Shown one piece after another: positions 11,777 through 23,404 of a stretch of 64,000 bases of DNA (within the stretch, counting starts at the first letter, position 1; each line of letters starts with the position of its first letter). The position numbers were made by a program, and so were the translations under genes. The DNA lies in the NCBI GenBank assembly GCA_964016885.1, contig OZ024760.1:4092001-4156000 (forward strand), written 5' to 3'. A model generated the notes under the pieces. That model saw only the letters and a program-made list of their open reading frames with translations. It was not told the DNA's origin and searched no databases. This stretch comes from Eledone cirrhosa. Taxonomy: Eukaryota.

Positions 11777-13047
11777 TGAGGGGATCGGGGAGGACAGGGG
11801 TAGGGTGTATGTGTGTGGAAGTGAGAGAGAGAGAGAGTGTGATGTTTGCATATGAAGTGAAATGGGAAGGTGGGAAGTGGCAGTACATCATTCAGTGAAG
11901 GGGTTGAAGTTCTTGAGTGAGTGTGGGAGTTGGAAAGAGAAGGTGTTGCTGACATATCATATATAACCTGAAGAAAGGCAAACATTAAGTGTGAGTGTTT
12001 CAATTGCTTGAGTGTGTGAGGAGAAGGAGAGTGAGAGAGAAAGAGAGAGAGATCAGAGAGTGGGAGAGAAAGAGATTACAGAGTGAGAAAGAGATAGGGA
12101 TTGGAGAGTGGCAGAGAAAGGCATCAGAGAGTGAGAGAGAGATAGGGATTGGAGAGTGGGAGAGGTGTTGACATATCAGATAAAACTGAAGAAGGGGAAA
12201 CATAGTGAAAAAGTATTCCAATTGCTTGAAAAAGAGAGAGAGGGGGAGATATGTTGTTCTTCGCCCACTTATTCCTGAAAGGGTCATGGGGGCAGGGTCC
12301 TCACACACTCCCTCCAGCAGGTGGATATATGTTGATATATAAAATAAGATGGTGACTTAGAGAGTGGTAGTGGTAAAACATGGAGTGGAGGTATTCTGTC
12401 TCTTGAGTGTTTGTGAAAGAGTGAGAGTAAGAGGTGAGGGTCAAAAACTGCTTATTGTTTAACTCTTTAGCATTTTAACTGGCTGTATCCAGCCAGAATT
12501 CTCTCACCTCTTTCTAGTGAAACTGGCTATAACATTATTTATTTCTCAAAATAAATAATGTTAAAATCTCATAGATTCGATATTATGTGAGGTAAAGCCT
12601 TTATCATCAAAATATAACAGTATATATATATATATAGAGAGTAATATAAATGCTAAAGGGTTAAATGGCTACAAAATGTTTAGAGTTAAACTCACATATG
12701 GCAATAAGTACGTCTAGAAAACCTTGATTGACTGGGGAGGTCCAAGAAAGAATTAGGGAGAGAATGCAAGGAGTATCATAGTTTAGCTGTACTGTCAAAT
12801 TAGCCCTCAAATCTTTCTAACATTTGAAGCAGATTTTTGCAGCAGTCAGACATTTGTATGTTATATTTTGTGTGTATATATAGCCACCATACTGCTACAT
12901 GTGTGTGTGTCATCTCAAAGAATGTTTGATATATAATTCGGTTAGGGTTAGTGTAGGGGGCTTGAGGAGTTCCTGCTGAATTTTTGAAGGAATGAAAGAG
13001 GGAGTGGGGTTCTGCTGCAAAAAAAAATGTTATTTCATTAATAAAAA

Positions 13048-13274
13048 GGGCAGTGGATTGGCAGTATCGGTAGAGGGTCGGACGCCAAGCTTTGCCGCAT
13101 AGAGTTACGGGCCTTTATGATCTGAGTTCAAATTCCGCCAAGGTTAACTTTGCCTTTCATCCTTACGGGGGGGAGGGGGTCGATAAAATAAAGTACCAGT
13201 CACGCACTGGAGTCAATTTCATCGACTTTTCCCTCCCCCCAAAATTGCTGGCCTTGTGCCTAAATAAGAAACCA
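13048..13274 (+). mobile_element. tRNA-derived SINE, full length
   Basis: A-box-like TGGCAGTATCGG, B-box GAGTTCAAATTCC, core CTTTGCCTTTCATCCTTACGGGGTCGATAAAATAAAGTACCAG, 18-bp TSD TTATTTCATTAATAAAAA; many other copies in window. Confidence 0.88.
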
Positions 13275-13757
13275 TTATTTCATTAATAAAAAAAAAAAAA
13301 CAATTGAAAAAAATCACAATATACAAAGGCAAATCATATAAAAGTACATACAATGTATGCGTTTGTGTATGTATGTATGTGTGTATATATAAAGACATTT
13401 TTTTTTTTGAAAACCAAAACAATATATAATGATAAAATATAAAAATATAAATTTAAAATAAAAATAAAAACTAGCTCTTCCCCCAACATACCAAAAAAAA
13501 TTTTATATTAAAAAGAAATCTCCAATCCCGGATCAAAAGAAATTTGCATAACTGACTCCACCCTTAACTCCACCCACTTTCACACAAAAAAACTAACTTG
13601 GAAACTTTTTTTTTTTTTAAATATTAACACACAATATTAAGATCTTAAAAAAAAAAGATAACATTTTTTCACAACACTGGGTTTTTCTATTTATTATATA
13701 TATATATATATATATTTATCTAACTATCTATCTCTCTATCTCTCTATATATGTCATA

Positions 13758-13799
<42 letters not shown>

Positions 13800-15146
13800 T
13801 GTCATATATCTGTATCTATCTCTATATATATATATGATATATATATCTATCTATCTATATATATATGTATATGATATATATATATATATATATATGTGAT
13901 ATATTGTTCTGTGAAGGTTTGGGGTGTGTATATATGTATCCTTGTTACAATTCATATATCTTCTATTTATCAATTCAACACACATTTGTGTGTGGTGGTG
14001 TTAAGGAGGGATGTTTAAACAACAAAAAAACACTACTACTGCCACCATCACCAATTTTACTACCATTATTACCACTAACACTTCCATCACTAACATTACT
14101 ACTACCGCCACCACAACTACCACCATACTTGATTGAAAATATCGGCTGACTTTACCAAACAAGATAAGATTTGGCAGCTATTTTACACTTTGATAAGCAG
14201 AAATCAAAGGGATGAGGAATTTTACCTGATTATATGTGTGTGTGTGTGTGTGTTTAGATATGTGTGTGTGTTTAGATATCTGTTTGTGTGTGTATGTGTT
14301 TATATGAATATAAATGTGTGTGTTTATGTATGTCTGTATGTATGTATGGGAATATGAGTGCATGTTTTTTTTTGGGGGGGGGGTATGTATGTGTCAGTGT
14401 GTCTGTGTATCTGTGTGTATGTATGTCTGAATGGGAGTGTGTATATGAATATGTGTGTGTGTGTGTGTATGTATATATATATATATATATCATCATATAT
14501 ATGCACATATGAGTGTGTGTGTATATATACATGTACAGAGTGTCCTTAAAAATGTATACACACTTATTAGAATGCTGTTTAAGTATGTATACATTTTTGG
14601 GGGACATTCTGTATATATGTGTGTTCGCATCTATATATTTGTGTGTGAATGTAAGTGTGCCGTCATCATCATCTTGCATTTTGCAACTACTCTTCCAGGA
14701 TGAGACTGCCCCACACTTTTTTTAAGACAGTTTTTCTAAGGCCAGATGGTGTTTCTGATGTCAACCATTAAGTAATTTCTAAGTGTGGTGTATGCAGCAG
14801 ATCTTTGTTGAGTCAGTTAGCTGAGGGACATATTGTTTATATGGGACATGACCAAACATTTCCACTACATTTAAATATTGTTGATATGAAGATGCATGCA
14901 GGCACACACACACACGTATATATATATATATATATATACATATACGCATATGTATGTATATATATATATATATACATATATGCATATGTATATATATAGA
15001 TAGATATATATGCACATATATGCATATATATATATATATGTATTGTTATATTGGAGTTTACCAATATATGTGTGTGTATATATATATATATGCATATGTA
15101 TATATATGTATTGTTATATTGGAGTTTACCAATATATGTGTGTGTG

Positions 15147-15178
<32 letters not shown>

Positions 15179-15205
15179 TATAGTTGGAGTTTACTAATAT
15201 ATATA

Positions 15206-15236
<31 letters not shown>

Positions 15237-16260
15237 TATATACATACATGGGATTAGTCAGCTTGAGGTGATAGCAGAAGGCATTTGCCCAACCAAGGTG
15301 ACATACTGTGGGATGAAACCCAAAACCACACACAAGCAAACTTCTTAACCACTAAGCCATGCCTGCAGCTTTGTGTGTATCCATTGTTTCATTTAATTTC
15401 CAGATGAATAAATAAAAAAAATGGTGAGGGGACAGTCCAAGGTAATGTGAAATGGTCTGCTGGGGACTGTCAACAAAATTCTCATATATCAAGTTTGTAT
15501 GGTACCTATAATAGAAATGTGAACTTTGTCAATTCCTCAATAGAGACCCCATTTTTGGAGTAACATTTATAAAAAAAAGTTTTAATAAAAAAAAAAAAGG
15601 GGGTCTCTGTCTAAAATATTAAGATCCATCCTTGCAAGCAGGGAAAAAGCGGACGTAAAATGAAATGAAATGAAACCTTTTGAATTATTGAAGCACAGGG
15701 AGTATGTGAAAGTCCCATAACAGTTGATCTCTATAAATAGTAAAGTTTTTATTAAAAAGAAGGGTCTCTGTTAAAATTCATAAACCTTATGAATTATTGA
15801 AGCACAGGGAGTATGTGAAAGTCCCAAATGCAAAAAATATCTATAATAACAGTTGATCTCTATAAATGGTAGTTGAGAAAATTACCTAATTTTCTCAACC
15901 TATATTTTCTGTGTTTGGGACTCCCACATTTTCAAAGTTAAAATTTGTATCTTGTTTCTATCCATAGCCATATAGATCTATTTGAAAATTCCTAATATAC
16001 ATACATATATATATATAAATATATAGGGGTGTCTCAAAAAATATAAACACATACGTATTAGAATGCTGTTGAAGTGTGTATACATTTTGGGGGAACACCC
16101 TGTATATGTCAATACTCATCCTTTTCCCATTCGGAGGGTTTTAAATCCCCACTAACAGACTAATTTTATTTAGTCAAATACAGCATAAGCACTTGATTTC
16201 GAACTTTGCTCTGTGTTTCATAATCAAAGCCTGTTTTATCTCTCTCTCTGTATATATATA

Positions 16261-17555
16261 CAGGGTGGGGCATAAAAACTGTTACAAAATAAAATGCAAA
16301 TAGTTTTTGAAAAAAACATTTATTTCAAGATCTGACTTCAACAAATAGTAAGTAATATACTATTAAACAACTGCCCAAAAATGTATTCGAAATGCTTTCC
16401 TCTAGCTCTCACTACTGCTCGAAGACTTGTAGGAAAGTCTTCGATGGCTGCACGAACAGTTTCCATGGGTATTTTCTCCCATACTTTATTCAGTTTTGAT
16501 TTTAGAGTTTCAATAGGAGTAGAGCAGGCTTCACTCTCAAGAATTGACCATAAGGAAAAATCGAGAGGGTTGAGATCTGGTGATGTCGGAGGCCACTCTT
16601 CCTTACTGATCCATGCAGGACAATGGTCTCTACACCACTGTTGTGTTACGCAAGCAGTGTGGCTCGTCGCTCCATCTTGTTGGAGAGTCCAAATGTCATC
16701 GCCATAAACAGATATGCACCATGGCATCAGTGCTCCTTCCAAAATATCCTTTATGCAAAGTTCTTTGTTAATTTTAACTCCTTGAGGCACAAAAATCAGA
16801 GGAGACTTCCCTCTTTCAGAAATGGCTGCCCAAGCCATCACTGATGCTGGTTTCTCTGTTCTGAACACTTTTCCTACACTTGAAGGAATTGATTTGAGAC
16901 TTTTTGCAAGTACTCGATCATTTTGATGATTGTGAGACTGCTGCACAGTGAATAACTTCTCATCTGTAAAGGTCATGTTTTGCAGCGTACCATCTTTGAT
17001 ATGGTCCAATAACAGTTTACTTCTCGAGAGCCTATTTTCAATTGTGGCTGCAGAAAGAAGCTGCCTCTTTTGGAACTTATAGGGTGACATCCCCAGATCA
17101 TCTCGACATATCCTCCGTATAGTTCTCGGCGATGTTTCTGCTTCTTCTGCCATTTTTCTCATGGACCTTCTTGGATTACGCCTTATTTTTTCCCTCACAC
17201 TTTTAACAAGTTTTGGTGTTCTTGAGGTGCGAGGGTGTCCGGATTGAGGTCTGTCTTTGGGTGTGGAAGTGTCCTTAAATCGATTAATTGTCCTTTTGAT
17301 CAACATTCTATTGATTTTAAGAATTTTCCCCAGTTTAAATATCTTGGGTGGAGTCAGGCCTTTTTCATGCTTCTCTATAATGAACTTTCTTTTCAATTCT
17401 ATGGACATTGCAAATAGTTAATGGAGTAATTTTCTGAAAAATAGTTAATATGGTTATAGTGCATGGATTTGATACAAATATATTAGTTATATTAGCAACA
17501 TAATGTATTTTTAAATTGATTTAAAACTTTGTAACAGGAATTATGCCCCACCCTG
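16261..17555 (-). mobile_element. Tc1/mariner DD37D (maT-type) DNA transposon, full length
   Basis: ~28-bp TIRs CAGGGTGGGGCATAA..CTGTTACAAA at both ends, TA flanks, single transposase ORF. Confidence 0.93.
16338..17408 (-). CDS. DD37D transposase, 356 aa
   Basis: HTH N-terminus with GHPR (GRPR-like) linker; FTDEKLF, QQDGATSH, SPDLNPLDF; 37 residues counted between 2nd and 3rd Asp. Confidence 0.92.
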   Translation of the reverse strand: MSIELKRKFIIEKHEKGLTPPKIFKLGKILKINRMLIKRTINRFKDTSTPKDRPQSGHPRTSRTPKLVKSVREKIRRNPRRSMRKMAEEAETSPRTIRRICRDDLGMSPYKFQKRQLLSAATIENRLSRSKLLLDHIKDGTLQNMTFTDEKLFTVQQSHNHQNDRVLAKSLKSIPSSVGKVFRTEKPASVMAWAAISERGKSPLIFVPQGVKINKELCIKDILEGALMPWCISVYGDDIWTLQQDGATSHTACVTQQWCRDHCPAWISKEEWPPTSPDLNPLDFSLWSILESEACSTPIETLKSKLNKVWEKIPMETVRAAIEDFPTSLRAVVRARGKHFEYIFGQLFNSILLTIC

Positions 17556-20368
17556 TATATATATATATATATAACAAAATTATTTAACTTCTTAGATCAT
17601 GTTGTTATTGATAACAATGTTTGAGGTGATTTATATTCATTTTCTTAGGATTTGTTGCATATTAATGAACAACAACTTCAAATACAAGAGAGGTGTCATT
17701 AAACTAAACTGAAAGATGAACTAAAACAAATGTTGAAACATCTGGCATCTTGTGTGAGGAATATATATATTCAGAAGATCTCATAAAAACAGCAATTCTT
17801 TGCTTAAGCTTTAATCTGTACAAATAATATATATATATATATGCAGCAAGCTGCTATATGATGATTTGGCCAGCTAGAAATAGCAGCCAAATCTTCCCTC
17901 AAATTACACCCTCTGCAATCAATAGAAGCAAGACCCACTAAGTAAAGTATTCCTAGATATTCTATATCTGAAAGAGGACTAAAACAGATGTGTTCAACAC
18001 CTGGCATCATGTGGGACAAATATATAAATGATTGTAGCTGCTATATGGTCACTTGGCCAGCTAGAAATAGCAACAAAAATCTTCTCAAATTATATTCCCT
18101 ATAGTCGGCACAGGGATGAGGACATTGAATGAAGTAGTCTTAGATACACTATGTCTGAAAGAAAAAGATAGCTAATAGGATGATGCCAGCTTAAACACCT
18201 TTAGCTATATGTCAACTGGAATAGGACTGACTTGATCAGTCCTATTGAATAGGACTGACTTGATCAACAACAAATATACACTGCATTGAGTCTCCAAAAT
18301 ATGTAAGGGTTATCTCTATTGGGCCTCATCCACTGAGAAATTCCAGTCATATGACCTACACAATATGGCAGTCAAATATCCCTCCTCTTCCAACAAATCT
18401 CTAAGACTGCATTTTCATATGAGAATCACTGTGGCAGCTTCTATATGATCATGTGATCTATCCCTTTTAGTGGCCCTAAATCTCTTCTTCCACTTATTTC
18501 TGGGAGGGTTGTGGAGGCAGAGTTCCCAAACTCACTAGTGGGTCCTGTCAGAAGCAACCCTCTTATCCAGCTGGATCCATCTTTCCATGCTTGCATGGGT
18601 TATGAGTTGGTTTCAGGCTGTTGTTGTTCACCTGATTATAATCAGTGATCAGTTTCCAAGGGCTCACCGCAAGGAGGTCAAGAAACTTGTCTGCCCTCCT
18701 CATACTTGGTTAAACACCACCATCTGACCATTCAGTGCCTTCAGTGGAGTCCGCTCTGTTGCAAGCATTCAGGTCAGATTTCCAGTCTGACAATATTGAA
18801 ATCTCCCTTCCTTCCCCTCACCCACCCTCATTAATCTTGGAGACCCTGTAAAAAAAAAAGAAAAATCGATGTATGCTGCCTTTCCTCCCGTGATAAAACC
18901 ATAAAGCATTCTTTTTTTATATGGCAGGGAAACAAATTCCTTGCCATTTAAAAATAGGGACCAGATGAATCAGTGTAGGAAACCTCTATGTAGTTGTTTG
19001 ATCAACCTAATACAACAGACTCCCTTGGTATCTTTATATTAGCCCTTCAGCATTTAAACTGGCTGTTTCCAGCCAGAATTCTCTAATCTCTTTCTGCTAA
19101 TACTGATGTTAAGGTATTTTTCTCAAAATAAATAACATCAAAATCTTATAGATTTGATATTATGTGAGATAAAGCCTTTACAACAAAAATATAAAGTAAT
19201 GTAAATGCTAAAGGGTTAAGGGCTACATCAACAGTACAGGAAACCTCTGCAATCATTTGACCAGTTTAATATTGCAACTAATCTTCTCTTTCAACAAAAT
19301 CCTTTAACCTCTTTTGTACCATAGACAAGATAACTCGTCTTAACATGTTTGAACTCCTTTCCAACAGTTCATAACTTCAAAGCTAGATACAGTTACTAGT
19401 TTATTGATGTGACATTAGTCAATCAAAATATTCATTTTACTGGAAAAAAAACCGGCACAGCAACTGTAGCTGTGTAAAATATGCACAGCCGTGAACAGGT
19501 TAATATTTTTACAATAGGGACAGCACAATTTCAGCCTTACCTATAAGGAAAATGCACAGGAAAGAGATGTCAGAATGACCATGCCTGGAAATCCCCAATA
19601 AATACAACTAACTGGCAGTTTTGTACCCATAGATATGCTCAAGTATATCTGTCTGGATGGAGGTGTTTGATCACTTAATAACAACTGATATCATCAAATA
19701 GAATATTTAACAAACCAACGGAGGAACGTCTATATTGTCGTTCAAGCTGCTATAGTTAGCAGCGATATCTCCCTTAAATTAAATCCTATCTTAAAAAGGG
19801 GAGAAAGACCTTGGATAAAGTAGTTCTAGATATACAATGCCAGAGAAGCAGACAGGTCGGGATGGGAAGGTTATAGCTGGAACGCCATTGCTCATCAGCT
19901 TACTGAAGGCTGACTGGATAATGTAGTTCTAGATATACAATGCCAGAGAAGCAGACAGGTTGGGATGGAACACCATTGCTCATCAGCTTACTTACTGAAG
20001 GCTGAGCTGGAGATAAAACTCCCCTCTGTAAGCAAGTAGTAGAATCCATTTGTCCTCTTCCTCCTCCTCTTGAATGTATGCGAAAACAATCACTATATAT
20101 ATATATACAGAAGATGGACACGCATAGTTTAAGTGCTATGCTGGTCACTGCACCTCTTCCAAGCACAAGCCAATTCACGGCTTCAGTCCTCTGCCAGCAC
20201 CACAAGTACCATCGCTACCATCACCACAACCATCGCCATCACTACAGCTAATAACATCACCATCATCATCATCACCACCACCTTAGGCTGAAGTCACACT
20301 TTCAAGCTTTGCACTTTTTATATCTGCATGTCACACCAATAACATCTCTTTCTCTGTCTCTATACATA

Positions 20369-20687
20369 CAGTTGTCCCCTGGTATTCGCAGGGCTTACGT
20401 TCCTAGAGCACCTGCGAAGAGTGAAAAACTGGGAATATTGGACGTGGTCCATATAAATGTCAAAATATAATAAAAAAAGAAAGAGTGTCTTATGCGAAGG
20501 GTCGTCCAATAGGCTGGCAAATACTGTATATTGTTATTAATAATTTACCGTTAAAAAATATCTAGTGCCACGAAAAAGGCCATAAAAAAATTGAAGATAT
20601 TTACGATTCCACGAATATGCAGTAGTTTCCATGCACAATTATTAGTTAGGTTCTAAGGAAAATTCTGTGAATGCCAGGGGTACACTG
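20369..20687. mobile_element. pogo/Tigger-like MITE (second copy 6796-7070)
   Basis: TA|CAGTTGTCCCCTGGTATTCGCAG...CTGTGAATGCCAGGGGTACACTG|TA. Confidence 0.75.
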
Positions 20688-22059
20688 TATATATACGTAT
20701 GTTATGTTATGCTATCTTATATTATAACCATAATAACTAATAAACAGCATCATGTATTTCAAAGTGCTTTATTCTGGTGTGGGTTGGGATGGTGAGAGTG
20801 GGGGAGAGGATTCCAATTTCTTTTCTTTTTTCTAATCTATATTTTAGGACATTGTTTAAAATAAAATATAATTTAAAAACAAACAAAAAAAAATCTGGAG
20901 GAATAAAAAATATTTATCAAAAATCAATTTTGCCAAACGAAAATCTTTTGTTTCGCTTTTCTTTCTCATTCCAGCTATTATTATCATCATCATCATCATC
21001 TGTCCATTTGGATATGTTAGCATGGGTTGGACACAACTATTTTGAGGCAATCTACTAAGGAGATATTTTGTTTTTTATCACTCATACACTGTTCACTTTC
21101 CTGACATTTGTACATTATTTCATGAATGCACCTTTGATGAGTTGTAGTGCACCTGATCACTGTACACAATAATTTTCATTTTGGCAGTATCGGTAGAGCA
21201 TCAGATACCATGCTTTGCAACATATAGTTATGGCACTTTATGTTCTGAGTTCAAATCCCGCCGAGGTTGACTTTGCCTTTCATCCTTACGGGGTTGATAA
21301 AATAAAGTACTAGTAATGCACTGGGTAATTGCTGGCCTTGTGCCTAAAGTAGAAACATTATTATTATTAACTAGTTCTTTATGCAAGATACTTACCAATA
21401 GTGCCACATACATAATAGGCCAGTACTATGTGGTATCTTTAAACCGGCCGTATCTGACCAGAATTCTCTCACCTCTTTCTATTCAAACCGGCCATAACTG
21501 GTATTCGTTCCAGCTCTCTGCTTCTCAGTTCAAATCCTGCTGAGGTCAATATACATACCATACATCTAGCCTATTACTTGCCTATAGATATTTTGCTATA
21601 CTTATATTCCATTAACTCTTTAACATTTAAACTGCATCCTTTAAGGCCTCCATGCTTCCCGAGATCTGCCAACACTACAGCTAACACATACACACATGTA
21701 CTTCCCTGACATTTGTGTATTATTCTATGTACTATATTGACGAGTTGTAGTGCACCTGAGCACTTTACACAATAATTTCATTATTATTATTATTATAAAC
21801 CGGCCATATCCAGCCAGAATTCTCTCACCTGGCCATAGCCGGCTGAGGTTCAGCTGGTTGTCGATAATTAATTTTTTTATGCATCCTATCTGGCAGTTGA
21901 TTTGGCAGAAATGCTAGAGTGTGTTGCAATATTTGTTCCAGATCTCTGTTCCATTTGTTCAAATCCAACCAGGGTGTCAGAAGCCAAACTCAATATCTTC
22001 AATTTGGTTTTCATGCCAACCCTTACCTATTGTCATGAATCTTGGGTAATTACTGAAAG

Positions 22060-22350
22060 AATATGATCACGAATACAAGTGGCCAAAATGGGATTCCTCT
22101 GAAGGGTCTTTAGAGTAACATTGCTCAATAGAGTGAGTAGCTCGGAGATCAGAGAGTCGCTACTTCTTTGAATTGAGAGATCACAGTTCCAATACTTTGG
22201 GCATGTGGTTAGAATATCTCAGGAAAGATCACTGGACAGATTTTATGGGCAAAACCAACCGACAGGAGACCCAGTAGACCTCGAGCAAGAAGATTGGATA
22301 ACATCCATGAGCCTGGCTGGCCAGGCTTGGGGATCCAGCTGGATCAGTTG
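22060..22350 (+). mobile_element. 3' fragment of a second RTE-like LINE family (other copies on - at 1250-1510 and 45320-45700)
   Basis: MGFLxRV...RIERSQxxYFGHVVR-type C-terminal RT-region motifs in several dispersed copies. Confidence 0.7.
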
Positions 22351-22834
22351 TCATCCTCGATTGCAAAAGATGTCCCTTATCTCCTCAACAAAACCAAACA
22401 ATAAGAAAATGAATAAATAAACATAAAACTCTGTGTCAAGGCAAAAGAAATTATTTATTTTTCCTAAGATACCTTGCATTCGAGTTTAATTTTTTTTTTT
22501 TCCTTTTTTCAAATAATGGGAGGGATTAACTGAGAAATGTTCTTTTTTATATATTAGATGATCCTACCAATGTTTCTGTGGGAGGGGGAAGGGAGAGGTA
22601 GTAAGAGAAAGAGATAGTGAGAGAAGTGGGAGAGAGATAGTAAGAGAAAGGGAGGGAGAGATAGTGAGAAGTGTAGGAGGAAGGGAGAGATAGTGAGAGA
22701 GGTATGAGTAAGGGAGAGAGATAGCAAGATAAAATCAAAAGGAGAGGAACATTCCATACCTGGAACAAAATGTAAATTAGACACAGGTGTATATATATAC
22801 CTATGTGCACAGCAATTTCAGTACTTCATGTATG

Positions 22835-22886
<52 letters not shown>

Positions 22887-23404
22887 TGTATATATATATA
22901 AATATATCATCATCATGATACACACATATATATATATATAATATAGAAATGGCTTCTACAGGACTAGAACTGTTTAATTCGAAGGAAATCATCAGGGCTT
23001 TCCTGATGATTTTCTTCGAGTGAAACAGTTCTAGTCCTGTAGAAGCCATTTCTATGTATTGAGTTCCTTACTTACTGTGGTTACCCCCGATTGAACCTGA
23101 GATACACACAAACACACACACATATATATATATGTGTGTGTGTTTGTGTGTTTGACAGACAGATAGAAGGGGACAAGGAGACAACAGTCAAACAGAAAGA
23201 GGTTTAGAGAAGGGAGGAGGTAGGATTAAAGAACCCCCCCCCCCCCCAAGTAAGAGGTAGACACACAAACAGAATACAATTCCATTTTGTTTGAACTTCC
23301 AGAAAAAAAAAAAGCCCCGTCCCCCCCAACAAAACAAACATTTTGTTTGTTTTTGTTGTAATGACTAGAAGTGATGGACAGGGGGGGGGGGGGGGGATAC
23401 CCCC

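Noticed and set aside
13048-13140. tRNA-like A/B boxes
   Set aside because: SINE head with no cloverleaf, so not a tRNA gene.
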